Below are positions 49,801-61,784 of a stretch of DNA of 64,000 nucleotides, piece after piece. The position numbers were made by a program, and so were the translations under genes. Origin of the DNA: Owenia fusiformis (taxonomy: Eukaryota); assembly GCA_903813345.2 (NCBI GenBank), contig CAIIXF020000001.1, positions 21,452,001 to 21,516,000 of the forward strand. Reading direction: 5' to 3'. The notes beneath the pieces were generated by a model that saw nothing but the letters and a program-made list of their open reading frames with translations, was not told where the DNA came from and made no database searches. The first letter of the stretch is position 1. Each line of letters begins with the position of its first letter.

Positions 49801-52800
49801 AAATATGAACCAAATGGCATAACTATTAGGGAGTGTAGAGATTGAACATTACTGTGCATGTCTGTAAAATTTCAACTGGTTTCATGAAAGCAGTAAAAAA
49901 ACAAATGCGATGGGATTTATTCTCTCAATCTTATTGGATAAAAGTTCATTTTTTCTTATTATTCGATAGTTACAATTTGACACCCAGTTGTAAATAAAGG
50001 AATAAGGGAATAACATTTACCATTTGAACAAGAAAAACATGCATAGAAATACTTCCATTTTACAGGAAAATAACATGCTATTCAAAATCCTTGTAAAACT
50101 TTTCAGCTGACAAAACGGGGAAATTGTATGTGGGTGACGCCATATTGAAAGTGAATGGCGTAGATATGGATGGATGTACGCATGATGATGCAGTTGCGGC
50201 ATTGAAGAAAGCAGGGGATGAGGTTACATTAAGTGTACGTTACTTCAGACCCGCATCTTTATTCTTATCAAGAAGTAAGTGGTTAACTTCAGACACTTCT
50301 TTACTGAATAATGAATTGAGTACTATCATAAAGATATTCCAATCAAATTTCATGTAGAAAACAAACTGTAAACTCATTGTTAATGTAGATCTAAAATGGC
50401 GATATAAGATAGAATTTGCCAATTCTCAAATTAAAGTGGGCATGAAATTAAAGTACACTACAAGTTTTATATTTCTTGTTGCAAAAGCTTTACTCGTATT
50501 AACTTTGAATATTGCATCTTAGATCGCAGAAATACCAGAACAGGCAGCGTGACCAGTCCAACCAGTGCTAGCGGAGATGAGTCCGATACGGTGAGTGAGT
50601 ACAATACAATGATATGAAAACACTTATGTGTATACACATGTACACCTGTCTAGAGTGTATGTCTCAAAATGTAAGCATTTAGTCATATTGAGTGCATGCT
50701 CAGTCTAGTTATAATCTACCCTCTGCCTAGTATAGACTATATTACAGTTTAGTAGCCCCACCCCCACAACCTATGCCAGTTACAGCCTGGGTCATAAATC
50801 ATTTCAATCTACCATGCTGATCATTTCCCCACCAATCATTGAGCAGGAAGGAACTCTTGCTAAATGCATGCTCATTAATTGTGCGATGATGTCAGAGGAA
50901 ATCGCCAGATATAGAAAGTTGTCCGTATTTCAATGATGAAATCTGAATGGCTCAGTGAGTTCAGAGATTGTTAACTGAAAGAGTGAAGATGAAGCTCTCT
51001 TTTAAAAAGCAAAATTGAAAGAATGCAAAGGGTATACATTGAGTTCCCCATATTAGAAAGAAATAATAAAACAGGAATTAGGAAGGAATTAGAAGGCATA
51101 GAAAATAGAGATAGAGTTAAAATTATCACAATTTTACAATATTTCACCCTCATTCCATGTCATAACTGTTCTCAGTTTATGTCAGTTTACTCTTTTGATT
51201 ATGTAAGTTGTCTAATATGCATAAATATTGAAAGCGGATTACTCTAATGAATTCTGACATTTCCTCTCTATCGCTTGTAATTCCTTGAAGACCTGAAGAT
51301 AGTACAATATATGCTTCTTTTATTTCCTAGTCTACAAAGTGCAATTCTGTTCTTTTTAAATCTTTTAATCTCAGTTCAGCTTAATCTCATTCAGAAAAAT
51401 TCTGTCTTGGAAGAAATATTTTCTGATGTTTTTTGTTTGTTTATTTTTGTAGGTTTTTTGTTTGTTTATTTTTTGCTTGTTAATTGTTAGTGAGGCCATG
51501 TGATGCCATTCTTCGGTGAATTAAGACAACTTTGTAAATTACTAATGGCTTCATGATGATTGCTTTTCACAATACTGTCATGCTATTGTCTCCTGCGATT
51601 AAGAAATTGTTATTTGATATGTGATAAAATAAGAATGTTAAACAATAATGTTAAAATTGATGAACATCAAGTATGTCACTGAGAGTGACACTCAGAAGCT
51701 GATGAATTAGCTGGAAAGTAAATTATTGCCCCCCCCCCCCATTATTGTTAAAATCAGCAATAAGAAATATAACAACACATGAATGGAAGGGTTTATTTCT
51801 CCTAAAATTCTTTGTCAAAATAGTCCATTGAAACACAGTAAAAATCCCCTTTTGAGAAACTCAATTTATGATTAAAAGTGCTCAAATGATCTGATATTGG
51901 ATGTCTAGGAATGGTTTGAAAGGTCATTTTTGATATAAATGTGTTTTAGCTGAGATATCTGGGATAGAATCTCATCAATTTTTGTAAAAAATCAATTTTA
52001 GAATTGCCTTAGAGAGTGACCAGATCAGCTTGACCTTGAAGTTCAACACATGTTATACTGCTTTCCAAATATGGAACATCTAAAATTAGAGCTGTCAATC
52101 AAGTGGAACAGACATTTCAGAATTTTAGCTTGACTGCTTGTATTTGCTTTTCTTTTGAGAATCCTGAAATCTGTTTTAAGAATCTTGGAATAGATTTGAT
52201 GAATTCTAGTATAAATGCAATGAAATATTGATTTTTATCATAATTTTGGAATATTTGAGTCTTCGAATAAAACATCTACCTTGTAGAAACGAAACATTTA
52301 ATTATTTAAATAGGTTTGTTTTGTATAAATATGTTTTTGTTATTTTGTTTGTTTGTTTTTATTTATTTGTTTGTTTGTTTGTGTGTTTAGTGAATCAAGA
52401 GCAAAATGACTGATTATCATTAAAAATTTAGAATAACCCAGAATTAATAAAAGTACTGGTACTTAAAAGTGAAAAACATATCTTTCATGTACCATTTCAA
52501 AATACTAAAAATCAATATCAAAAATTGAGTGCAGAAAAAATATCACTTTGTAATAGTAAAAAATGAAAAATGAATATATATATAATATAGGGGACAAAAT
52601 AATTTATCGATTTTATGAGTGGGATGAGTTGTCTTGGGATGAGATGTCTTGGGATGAGTTGTCTTAAGGATGAGTTGTCGTGGGATGAGTTGTCTTGGGA
52701 TGAGTTGTCTTAGGGATGAGTTGTCTTGGGATGAATTTTCTTGGGATGAGTTGTCTAGAAACCATACATATACGGCATAAACAAACTTCTTATTTCAACT

Positions 52801-55800
52801 TTATTATAAAACTGTCACTGTATATTGTAAAAATTCCCCTTATCCATTCAGCTTGAAATTTTTACAGATGCAAGAGCAGACTAAGATCTGATTAGGTTTT
52901 GGAATGCTGGGTCAAGCACATGCCAGCCATTTTGCTCTTCAAAATGAGATATTTATCATTTTGCGTCTTGTTCAATATTTCAGGGGACATTAACCAAGCC
53001 TAAGCTAGAGAAACAATGGTCTGACATACTATGCGTGCCCCTGCTCTTTGCCTACATCACAAGATATCACCCTGGTACAGACAAAATAAGGTAACGGTTT
53101 AATCTAAATATTTCTGAGCCACCTTATTAAAGGAATACAGATCAAAGAATAGGGTGAATGTTCTGAATAGGCTGAATATTCCCTGAGGATTATGGAGTTT
53201 TTCCTCATATATGACACTGATTTAGGTGATTTATGATTTGCATGTAATTCAAAACACTGAGAAACAATATCGAGCCTTGCACTCTACAGAAGACTGTTCT
53301 CTGGAAATTTTTATGAATTCAAATGTTCAAACTTTGCTGTAGACACAATGCCTTTGAGGTGGTTGGCATGGATGGGGGTAGCTCTGGCACCATACACTGT
53401 GACAACACTATTACATACCTAGAGTGGATGAGATGTATCACTCACAATATTAACATGCTCAATAACCATTCAGTAAGTTGCTTTCTTAGTACCCCACACA
53501 TAATTTTGTCAATATGGTGATATTATAAGTTATTGAATGATTTGAGGTGCAATACAGGATATATTCTGCTCGAGAAATTCTGTATTGTGACGAGACGAAG
53601 TCGAGTGCCAATACAGAAAATCGAGACATCAATATTTTCTGTATTGCGATGGAGATGATCAACGGGGACAATCTCAGTAGCAATACAGATTGGTACAGCA
53701 CAAGAACTGACCAGTCAGAGGGCTTCATTTTACAGATGGTACGATAAAGATCTATATCGATACCAAACAAAGGATTTGGTCATTTACAGATGTATTTCAT
53801 ATTAAGGATTTTATTAAAATTTGGTAGCTATAATATTCCTTTTCTCATATACAATATCAAGTTTTCCAAAGTTTTTTTTTTCTTGGGTTAACATAGATTT
53901 TCTCTCACATTTAAAACAGCTCATTTCCTGCTTAAATAGTTTATTATTGCACAGAACTTAAAAATGCTTATTCAGATTATATTCAGCTTATATCTTATTT
54001 TGCAGATCACCATGTCAAACAAGCTATTACTGCCAGCTGAGCAGGTCAGTTGATCTTATTACTATAAAGTTGTTAATGGTCATGTTTTTGTCCACTAGGA
54101 GTGCAAGAGCATTGATGATTTGCTCCTTTTGAAGTGAATTGAAATTAACATCCTATTTAAATTGTTTACAATTACAAGGCTACAAGGCAATTTGATTTGA
54201 GTCAAAAACATGACGAGGTAATGGTGAGGGTAACATGTTTTATTCAATCCAATAAAAGAATTTAGGACTATATATCAAACAGTAATGCCGTGGTCACATT
54301 TGCTCCGATTTTCAGCACCGGTGCCCTGGCGATGAGAATTTTGTTCAAAATTGAATACAATTTTGAACAAAATGTTCAATCGGCCGAGCGCCCTAGTAAA
54401 AATCGGAGCAAATGTGACCACGGCATAATTGATCAACTTATATTTTAAAAAATAAGACATATGTATAATTGAAAGGTTGACTTTCAGATTTGCTACAGTA
54501 ATTGGTCCCACAGAAAGTTTGAAAAACCAGATTTTCAAGATTTAAAGAAAAGGGTATAATGTATAGTTGCTTTAACAAAAGCATGATATCATCTTGCTTA
54601 TCAGCTTACACCAAATAGAAATAATCATTTGGGCAATAAATCTAAAATCACTGTTATAGACATTCATTTAAGCATTGTGGGTAACAGTTTCATTTACATG
54701 AAGGTGTGTGGCTCTTGACATTAGATACCGCAAGCCTCAATGGTAAAATAAGGATAAAGTCACACAACAATAATATTTGACAAAATAAACTGACTCATAC
54801 ATGTAGGTGCTGCTATACAACAAGAGCATAGGGCCTGCCCATCCCCCCTTATCTCAAGTGAATTGTATGGGTTTGACTAGCATTGTATGAACAGATGTAT
54901 TTGCGGACATTAAGACAATTTCTCAAGTTAGAGTTGAACAGCAATAGCATCAACCATTTCTTTTTTCGGGGGGAGGGGAAGGTGCCCTGGACTTGGTTAC
55001 CTATTTTCCATTCAAACGGTATAATACTAATTAAAGAATATATAGTTAGTGCTACAACCTTTTTTTTGACTTTGCTTCCCAAAAAGAATGCAGCATCTGT
55101 TCTTAAAATAAGAAACAATTCCCTGGTCTAGCTTTTCCAATCAGAATGTTGTGTTGTCCAAAAACACCTACTCAATCCTAAATCTGATTGGTTGTTGACT
55201 CACTGCACAGCCAATTGTGTTTATAGATGTCACCTATTTTATGTGATAGCTAATGAACGATTCCATATAACTACATGTATTCCAGAAACTATTCAGTGTT
55301 TAACATATGCATTGTCCTTGATAAACTATGAAATAGGCAAATAATAGTTGTAAAACTGAAACTATAACATTGTGTGTGCATATGCTATTTGTTTGATTGA
55401 AATACTGTCGACACTGTTCCCACCATGTTGATGTCAAGTAACATTATCTGCCATAGTGATGTAACATGCAAGAAGCTGGATATCACATGCAACAATCAAT
55501 GATGTCACATACAATAATCACATGATAATCACACTTAATGATCACAAGATGTAACATGCAATATTCACATTATGCAACATGCAATAATCATATGATGTAA
55601 CATGCAATATTCACATAATGCAACATGTAATAATCATATGATGTAACATGCAATATTCACATTATGCAACATGCAATAATCATTTGATATAACATGCAAT
55701 ATTCACATAATGCAACATGCAATAATCACAATATGTAACCTCCAATATGCACATCATGCAACATGCAATAATCACAAGATGTAACATGCAATATTCACAT

Positions 55801-58800
55801 CATGCAACATGCAATATTCACGTCATGCAACATGCAATAATCACAAGACGTAACATGCAATAATCACATCATGCAACATGCAATAATCACAATATGTAAC
55901 ATGCAATATTCACATCATGCAACATGCAATATTCACGTCATGCAACATGCAATAATCACAAGATGTAACATGCAATATTCACATCATGCAACATGCAATA
56001 ATCACAATATGAAACATGCAATATTCACATTATGCAACATGCAATAATCATATGATGTAATATGCAATATTCACATTATGCAACATGCAATAATCATTTG
56101 ATATAACATGCAATATTCACGTCATGCAACATGCAATAATCACAATTTGTAACATGCAACATTCACATTTTGCAACATGCAGAAATCACAAGATGTAACA
56201 TGCAATATTCACCTTGTGCAACATGCAATAATCACAAGATGTCACATCCATATTCACATGTTATTTTATTTACAATGTATTATTAGCTAAAACTGAAAAT
56301 GAATTTGAAGCATGGCTATAAATGCAACAACTGGTTGAGTCTGTCCTGCTTTTCTTAACTATTTGTGATGAATGAAATAAACTCACCAGCTGTGTGGGTG
56401 TGATTGTGTGTTCACTGTGGGTGTTAATAAGAGGTTTAAGAAATGAAAATGCTATCACATTTTAATCATGAAACTTATGAATGTATCTTTCTCCTGGTTT
56501 ACACTATTGTTCAGTGTAGCCTGTATGCATAATGACTTTTTGTATTCGTCCAACTTTTCATTGTTCTGTATAAGCAAGCAATTTCTGTAGTTATAATTTT
56601 GCTAAATTCTTAAATACCATGAAAAAGCAAAATTAACCAGAGCTATGAATCTCAGTTTGTCGTATATCACAGATGCCAAATGCCGCCCATATCTTACAAA
56701 ATATATTTCTTGCAGATCAGTCACATGTGTTGGACATGTGAGAGACTGATGGCAACACATCACTGGCACAATTGGAAACCTCAATTCCTAGCACTGAAGG
56801 GATCAGACATCTATCTGTTCGACTCACCCCCCTCCAGTACGCGGGACTGGACACGCTGCGAGAGAATTTATAAAATATATGATTGTATGTTCCGAATTTT
56901 AAAGGTAAGTGATTATTTTGATGTGAACAATAAGATGTGTGAGGATAAATTAAATGGGATAAAAGATAAAACTTAGGATCAGGGTGTATCTGGATCCTGG
57001 GGAAATATTGTAGATTACTGTTCCTGAATCTCAGCTTCCTTTCACTCTATAATGCTTCGGTTTCATTTAGACAATGTAATATTATTACTTGAAATTCACA
57101 ATGTTTTCTAGAAAAAGGCCCATGAAAACCATCAGTATGTAATGATTTTGCCATTCAAGTAAATGTTAAAACCCCAGCACTGTAAACCAAGACCCAGTAA
57201 TGTATCACATTCACAAGCAATAGTCAAAGTTATTGGCTGATTCTTGACCAATCAAAATTGAGTATTAAGATTGAGATACTGACATTTATATTTATCTCTA
57301 TAATAGGATTCAGAACTCCAAGATGAACGCCAACATTGCTTCAGTATCCAACATGGAAGTGGAGAAACACATTATCTGTGCTCAGAGAGTAGACAGGAAT
57401 TACTGAAGTTGGAAAAAGAATGGTTTAGGACAAATTACATGGCAGTGTTACATCAGAGGGTAATTTATATATAATTGTTATAATTTATGCTGGAATACTT
57501 GAATTATGGAGCTGTGATGTAAAAATATTCTGACAAAATTAAGATATATTGATTACTAAATGCCTGTACTTTGCTGGTTATCAATCTATACTGTAACTGT
57601 ACATTAAGTACTTTAGATACACCCTAATTAGACAATAGCATAAGCCTGATATACCGTAGTTCAATATCAAATAGTTATAAACCAATCAGATTGCATAATA
57701 TGAAGACATGAATAATTTTTCTGCAGAGTAAGACATTTGGCTGCAGTTGGAGGGGAAGGATATCTGGTCTGACCCTTGATATGAATATGGGTTTCTCATT
57801 ATATGACAGTGAAACGAAGGTTTGTTTCTTTAAAGATATAATGTGTAGCTTATTAAGGGGCAATACATGGATTCAAAATTAAATACATCATTACTTTTGC
57901 AGAATATTCTATAGAATTTATCTCCATTAATAAAAACAATAATCCAATCTGCAGATATATTTATTTCTCAACATACATTTACAATGTATCCATAAATAAT
58001 GTGTAGTGAATATGTTAAATATATAATTTCTTTGAAAATAAGATATAATGCCAGACTTATTAAGGTATGGTTCTTTTCATGTTTTTAGAGTTACATGTGG
58101 AACTACAAGTTCTCCCAGTTGAAGGGATCATCTGATGATGACAAAACAAAGCTGAAACTGCACTTTCTCAATGAGCATACCAAACAAATAGACAGCAGGG
58201 TAGGTGAAATCAGTAATATACTGGTTGGGGTCTGTTTCTTGAGAAATTTTCTTATGACATTCAATTTGGGAAACTCTGGTGTCTTTATATATGAAATTGC
58301 CATAGTTACCCTCGGAAACTCTAGTGTCTTTATATATGAAATTGCCATAGTTACCCTCGGAAACTCTAGTGTCTTTATATATGAAATTGCCATAGTTACT
58401 CAAATGAAATTAATTATGATGCTGCAATATTCCTGAGAAATGAGCCCTTGGGATGTGTCTTTGAGGAATCTTATACAAAATATAGGTGGTCTAGTATGGC
58501 ATGTCAAGCTTTCAATTTTCAATGTATTGTGTTCTACCTCGTATCAATATATTTATATTGTACCATCAGAGGTTCTCCTTAGATTGGACCTTGTACACAA
58601 AATTCAGGTTCTGTGTAATTATTAAATTGCAATAATTTTGTTTTTTCTATCGTCAGTTCTTAATGATTGATTAATTGATATCAACTTGACCAAATAAGTA
58701 TGACAATATATCTATGCTCAAATGTTAAAAAAATCAACCCTCCATGCCTCCATACTTTCCCTTGTAGGAGATTGAGACAACCAACAGGAAGAACATTATT

Positions 58801-58881
58801 TTTTGCATGCATGCTTTTTTGAGTGCAAAGCTAGCAGCAGTCAAACCAACATTGCTTTTTAACCCAATACATTTACATTAG
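28873..58881 (+). CDS. SNTG1: Gamma-syntrophin (split PH-PDZ-PH-SU), 13 exons, ~489 aa
   Basis: Exons 28873-28902 (MDVKSTMLEE, phase 0, resembles the SNTG1 N-terminus MDFRTACEE), 47721-47873, 48568-48682, 50107-50274, 50523-50590, 52984-53090, 53343-53472, 54006-54044, 56716-56904, 57307-57459, 57727-57819, 58089-58199 and 58768-58881. PDZ GGLGVSVKGGAEHNLPILISRIF and SU-domain YKFSQLKGSSDD...CMHAFLSAK are gamma-type. Exon 1 is less certain than exons 2-13. Probably co-orthologous to SNTG1 and SNTG2. Confidence 0.88.
33899..35410 (-). CDS. Uncharacterised double-hotdog thioesterase (acyl-ACP/acyl-CoA thioesterase-like), 3 exons, 317 aa, nested antisense in SNTG intron 1
   Basis: Exons 35410-35388 (MLVRQLN-R), 35032-34875 and 34671-33899 join in frame at GT-AG sites. 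The C-terminal hotdog has VVPSDTDLYGHCNQNTYIRYC and VIYSGECT. The N-terminal half has hotdog-like SIGKSSL and VAVDKGTRKSSIIPDW. An alternative start exists at 34944 (MAYEW). Confidence 0.8.
36550..38080 (-). mobile_element. Possible highly decayed L1/Tx1-like LINE ORF2 3' fragment
   Basis: Broken minus-strand peptides in plausible order (WMGCL, ATWN, WYKEL, FYQYYEF, RQFTFKLL), with many stops and frameshifts. It may be interrupted by a CR1-like 3' tail at about 37300-37625 (+). Weak. Confidence 0.3.
38109..38968. repeat. 43-bp minisatellite, about 20 near-identical copies
   Basis: Unit CATCCATAATATTTGACTTCTCCTTCAGGATACAAGCTAC(GCA/ATA). There are no spacers, and degenerate copies flank both sides. 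Confidence 0.97.
40882..41154. mobile_element. MITE with GC-rich TIRs and an imperfect 5-bp TSD
   Basis: AGACT|TACTGGCGGATCCAG ... CTGGATTCACCAGTG|AGACA, with G- and C-runs just inside the ends. Confidence 0.55.
41456..42304. mobile_element. 849-bp palindromic non-autonomous transposon with CAC...GTG ends and 5-bp TSD (Transib-like signature)
   Basis: AAAGG|CACCCTATGCAGACAGAGCCTGTGGGAAATATTGGGTGCGG ... CCGCACCCAATATTTCCCACAGGCTCTGTCTGCATAGGGTG|AAAGG. The ~418-bp arms meet at a ~15-nt spacer (41874-41888). Confidence 0.85.
45276..45469 (+). repeat. ~195-bp dispersed repeat; second copy at 48784-48978
   Basis: ATAATAAGAATGGTAACCATTCTTATAGAAAAATA...CTTTAAA occurs twice in the same orientation with high similarity. 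Confidence 0.85.
47102..47261. mobile_element. 160-bp MITE with 16-bp perfect CAGG TIRs and 5-bp TSD
   Basis: CACAT|CAGGCCCGTAGCCAGG ... CCTGGCTACGGGCCTG|CACAT. Confidence 0.85.
52620..52756. repeat. 15-bp tandem repeat, about 9 copies
   Basis: Unit TGGGATGAGTTGTCT. Confidence 0.92.
54286..54425. mobile_element. PIF/Harbinger (Tourist-like) MITE
   Basis: TAA|TGCCGTGGTCACATTTGCTCCGATTTT ... AAAATCGGAGCAAATGTGACCACGGCA|TAA: 27-bp perfect TIRs and a 3-bp TAA TSD. Confidence 0.85.
55460..56260. repeat. ~21-bp tandem array with a two-unit higher-order alternation
   Basis: ATGTAACATGCAATATTCACA and ATGCAACATGCAATAATCACA units largely alternate over about 800 bp. Confidence 0.93.
58269..58399. 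repeat. 45-bp tandem repeat, about 3 copies
   Basis: GGAAACTCTAGTGTCTTTATATATGAAATTGCCATAGTTACCCTC repeated. Confidence 0.92.
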
Positions 58882-59347
58882 ACCAAGTGTTTACGAGTGA
58901 GAGGTACTCACAAGTGAGAGGTGTCCATTAGTGCAAAATGTTCACAAATGAGAGGTGTTCATTAATACAGGTGTTCATGAGTGAGAGGTGTTCACTAGAG
59001 CTGCATTCAATTCATTACGACTAATGCTAATTCTCTAACATTCAGGAAATTTTGATTTTGTCACAAAATAAATATGCTTTAATTAGACAGTTTTTATTGT
59101 TTAGTTTTTAGCTCACATGATGAGCTTTTGCAATCGCTCACTTGTCTCTCAATAATCTAGCTAGATTTGGCTTGTATGTTGCAGGAAGTTGAATGCAGTA
59201 ACCTGAAGACATTACTATACTCCATGCATTCGTTTCTCTCAGCAAAGCTAGCATCTGTTGACCCTTGCTTCTTACAAGACACCTAACATAGTATACAGCA
59301 TTGCAGTGGCTATTTATACACATCTAATATATGAGGCTAGGAAACTA

Positions 59348-59740
59348 GGATTGAACTGCCTGAATTCTGCCAGTTGATTGGATTTAACAGACTAAATCCT
59401 GCCATTGATAGGATTTAACTGACTGAATCTTGCCAGTGAATAGGATTTAACAGACTGAATTATGCCTGTTGATAGGATTTAACTGCCTGAATCTTGCCAG
59501 TGAATAGGATTTAACAGACTGAATTCTGCCAGTTGATAGGATTTAACTGACTGAATCTTGCCAGTGAATAGGATTTAACAGACTGAATTCTGCCAGTTGA
59601 TAGGATTTAACTGACTGAATCTTGCCAGTGAATAGGATTTAACAGACTGAATTCTACCAGGATTTAACTGACTGAATCTTGCCTAGATGACTGAATCTCG
59701 CAAGTTGACAGAATTTAACTGACTGAACTCTGCCAATTAC
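59348..59740. repeat. 32-bp tandem repeat (alternating 64-bp dimer), about 12 copies, downstream of the SNTG stop
   Basis: GGATTTAACAGACTGAATTCTGCCAGTTGATA alternates with GGATTTAACTGACTGAATCTTGCCAGTGAATA. Confidence 0.93.
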
Positions 59741-60856
59741 TGGCCGTTTATCTTCACTGAATCTCAACTGAGTTGCCAATACAAAATGAGATAGAAGTTA
59801 TGAATGATCTCAAAATGAAGTTAAAGTTTTAGACTGAAGACAATAATGTGGAATTTCATATTTATATTGTTGTTTGATATTCTTCCGAGGATAAAGGGAT
59901 AGTCTCGCATCAAGCCCTTGTCCTCTCCCTATTACATTTCAAACAAAGGGTAGGTAGGGAAAAAGATTTTGGGGAAGGGGCAAAATTATGCCTAAAGTCC
60001 CTGTCCTCTCCAATAGGTGTACTATGAATTTTTAAAGCAATACAATATTTTAAACATTTTTCAATGTGTTTTGGATATTTTAGTCACACTGATTCAATGT
60101 ACTGAAAGTTACTTTAATTTGGTGCTATTTAATTTTTAGACTATTTGCGGATTAGCCTGGATTGGGTAAATTTTGAAATTTTGGCTGCTATTTAATTTGG
60201 CGGATTTACCCATCAGTAAAATGTGAATATATAAGGGTTCATCATACAAGGATGCAAATAATAAAAAAATAACCAACAGCGGATCTAGATCTTCGAAAAT
60301 AGTTCAATATTGACATTTTAGTGGGGTATTTTCAAATCCTGCAAGGGAATCCCCTTTGATTTATTCAAAACAGAAAACAGAAACTTAATTTGGCAGTTGT
60401 CATCAATCCGCTAAATTAAAGCAGCCTTCAAAGTAAAGCAACTTACACTATGTGCACATTTTTTTTATTTGTAGCTATTGGATGATTTAACCTGTATAAA
60501 TGTGCTCTTTTATAAAAAGTTAAAATTGAAATAAATTTTCCCCTTAGTATTTATATTTTGTGCTCAAAGATATGTCAAATAGTTAACCTTTGTGTAGTAA
60601 AAGAAATCGTTTACATGTTTTTTATCTTTTTTATAATCGTATTTTCAGAGTACTGAATTGAAAGTCAAAGCTAGTCAAAAGTGCAATGTTGGTACTAGCC
60701 ATGTAGTAATAATATAATAAATGTGATAATTTTATTTTACTATTTATGCCAAAAGCATTTCAAATATGTATACAGTATGTAAAAATGTGAATATTGTGCA
60801 ATATTTTTTCAATGAAATACAATATGCAATATTTAAGAAGGGAGGTTGGTCCAATA

Positions 60857-61060
60857 CAGAGTGACACAAAAAACGCAACCCTCTCGTAGAATCTTCTGAA
60901 ATAGTGATCAGTGCGTGAAACAGTGGTATACAATGTATAACATCAAACATTGAGAACTAGTGCAATTAAACTCTGGACACTACATCTACCAAAGAATATA
61001 CATGATTCCATCATAACCGGGTATTCCAAAATCAGATGGTTGCATTTTTGTGTTAACCTG
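60857..61060. mobile_element. Tc1/mariner-type MITE
   Basis: TA|CAGAGTGACACAAAAAACGCAACC ... GGTTGCATTTTTGTGTTAACCTG|TA. Confidence 0.65.
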
Positions 61061-61784
61061 TACATCTGTATGGAATGGAAGTAGATTTGTAGCATGGAAA
61101 GATAGATTGAGAAAGAATCTCTATTGTATAGAATAATTTATTTATCTAATATCTATATACATACCTGATTATATGTGATGTCAGCCATTATCAGGACATT
61201 GCCTGTTATTATAAAAGACTATTGTTATTGTAAATAAACAGATTTTAACAATTATATCATTATCATTTTAGCTATTTTTTAATCTCAATGCCATTTCTCG
61301 TAAATAGTTAAAACTTTGAAATTCACTTATATTGCATTTCTGCAATAGTCGGAGTGTCAGGTGTACCACAAAAATTGTGAATGATGAAAGTCAGACCTCT
61401 GCCAATGAAGCATACAGTACCCTGTATCCCAGCTAAAGAAATCCACTTCCTTGTAATAAAATATACTGAACACAGAAATACATAAAATATGATTAATTTA
61501 TTGGATGTATAAACACATATGAAAATGTACAAAAATAGCATCATTACATATGACAAAGTATAAACTTAAATAGTGACTTACAATGCATTGATTTTAGCTC
61601 CCCTGGGACAGAGAAATCAGTATGTCAATCCATAGTTATTGGAGGCAATTTATTAAAGTTTCAAACACAATAAGTGTTTCTCAAAGTACATTGTCTGCAA
61701 AAAAGTGATCATGCTTGAATCAAATCCTTCATGTTCAAAGAAAGGTATTTATTTTGGAATGCAGCTTTCACAGTCTTGCAGTGC

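Noticed and set aside
58103..58436. Repeat-peptide ORFs (MAISYIKTLEFPRVT, GNSSVFIYEIAIVTL)
   Set aside because: They come from a 45-bp intronic tandem repeat; the real SNTG exon ends at the 58199 donor.
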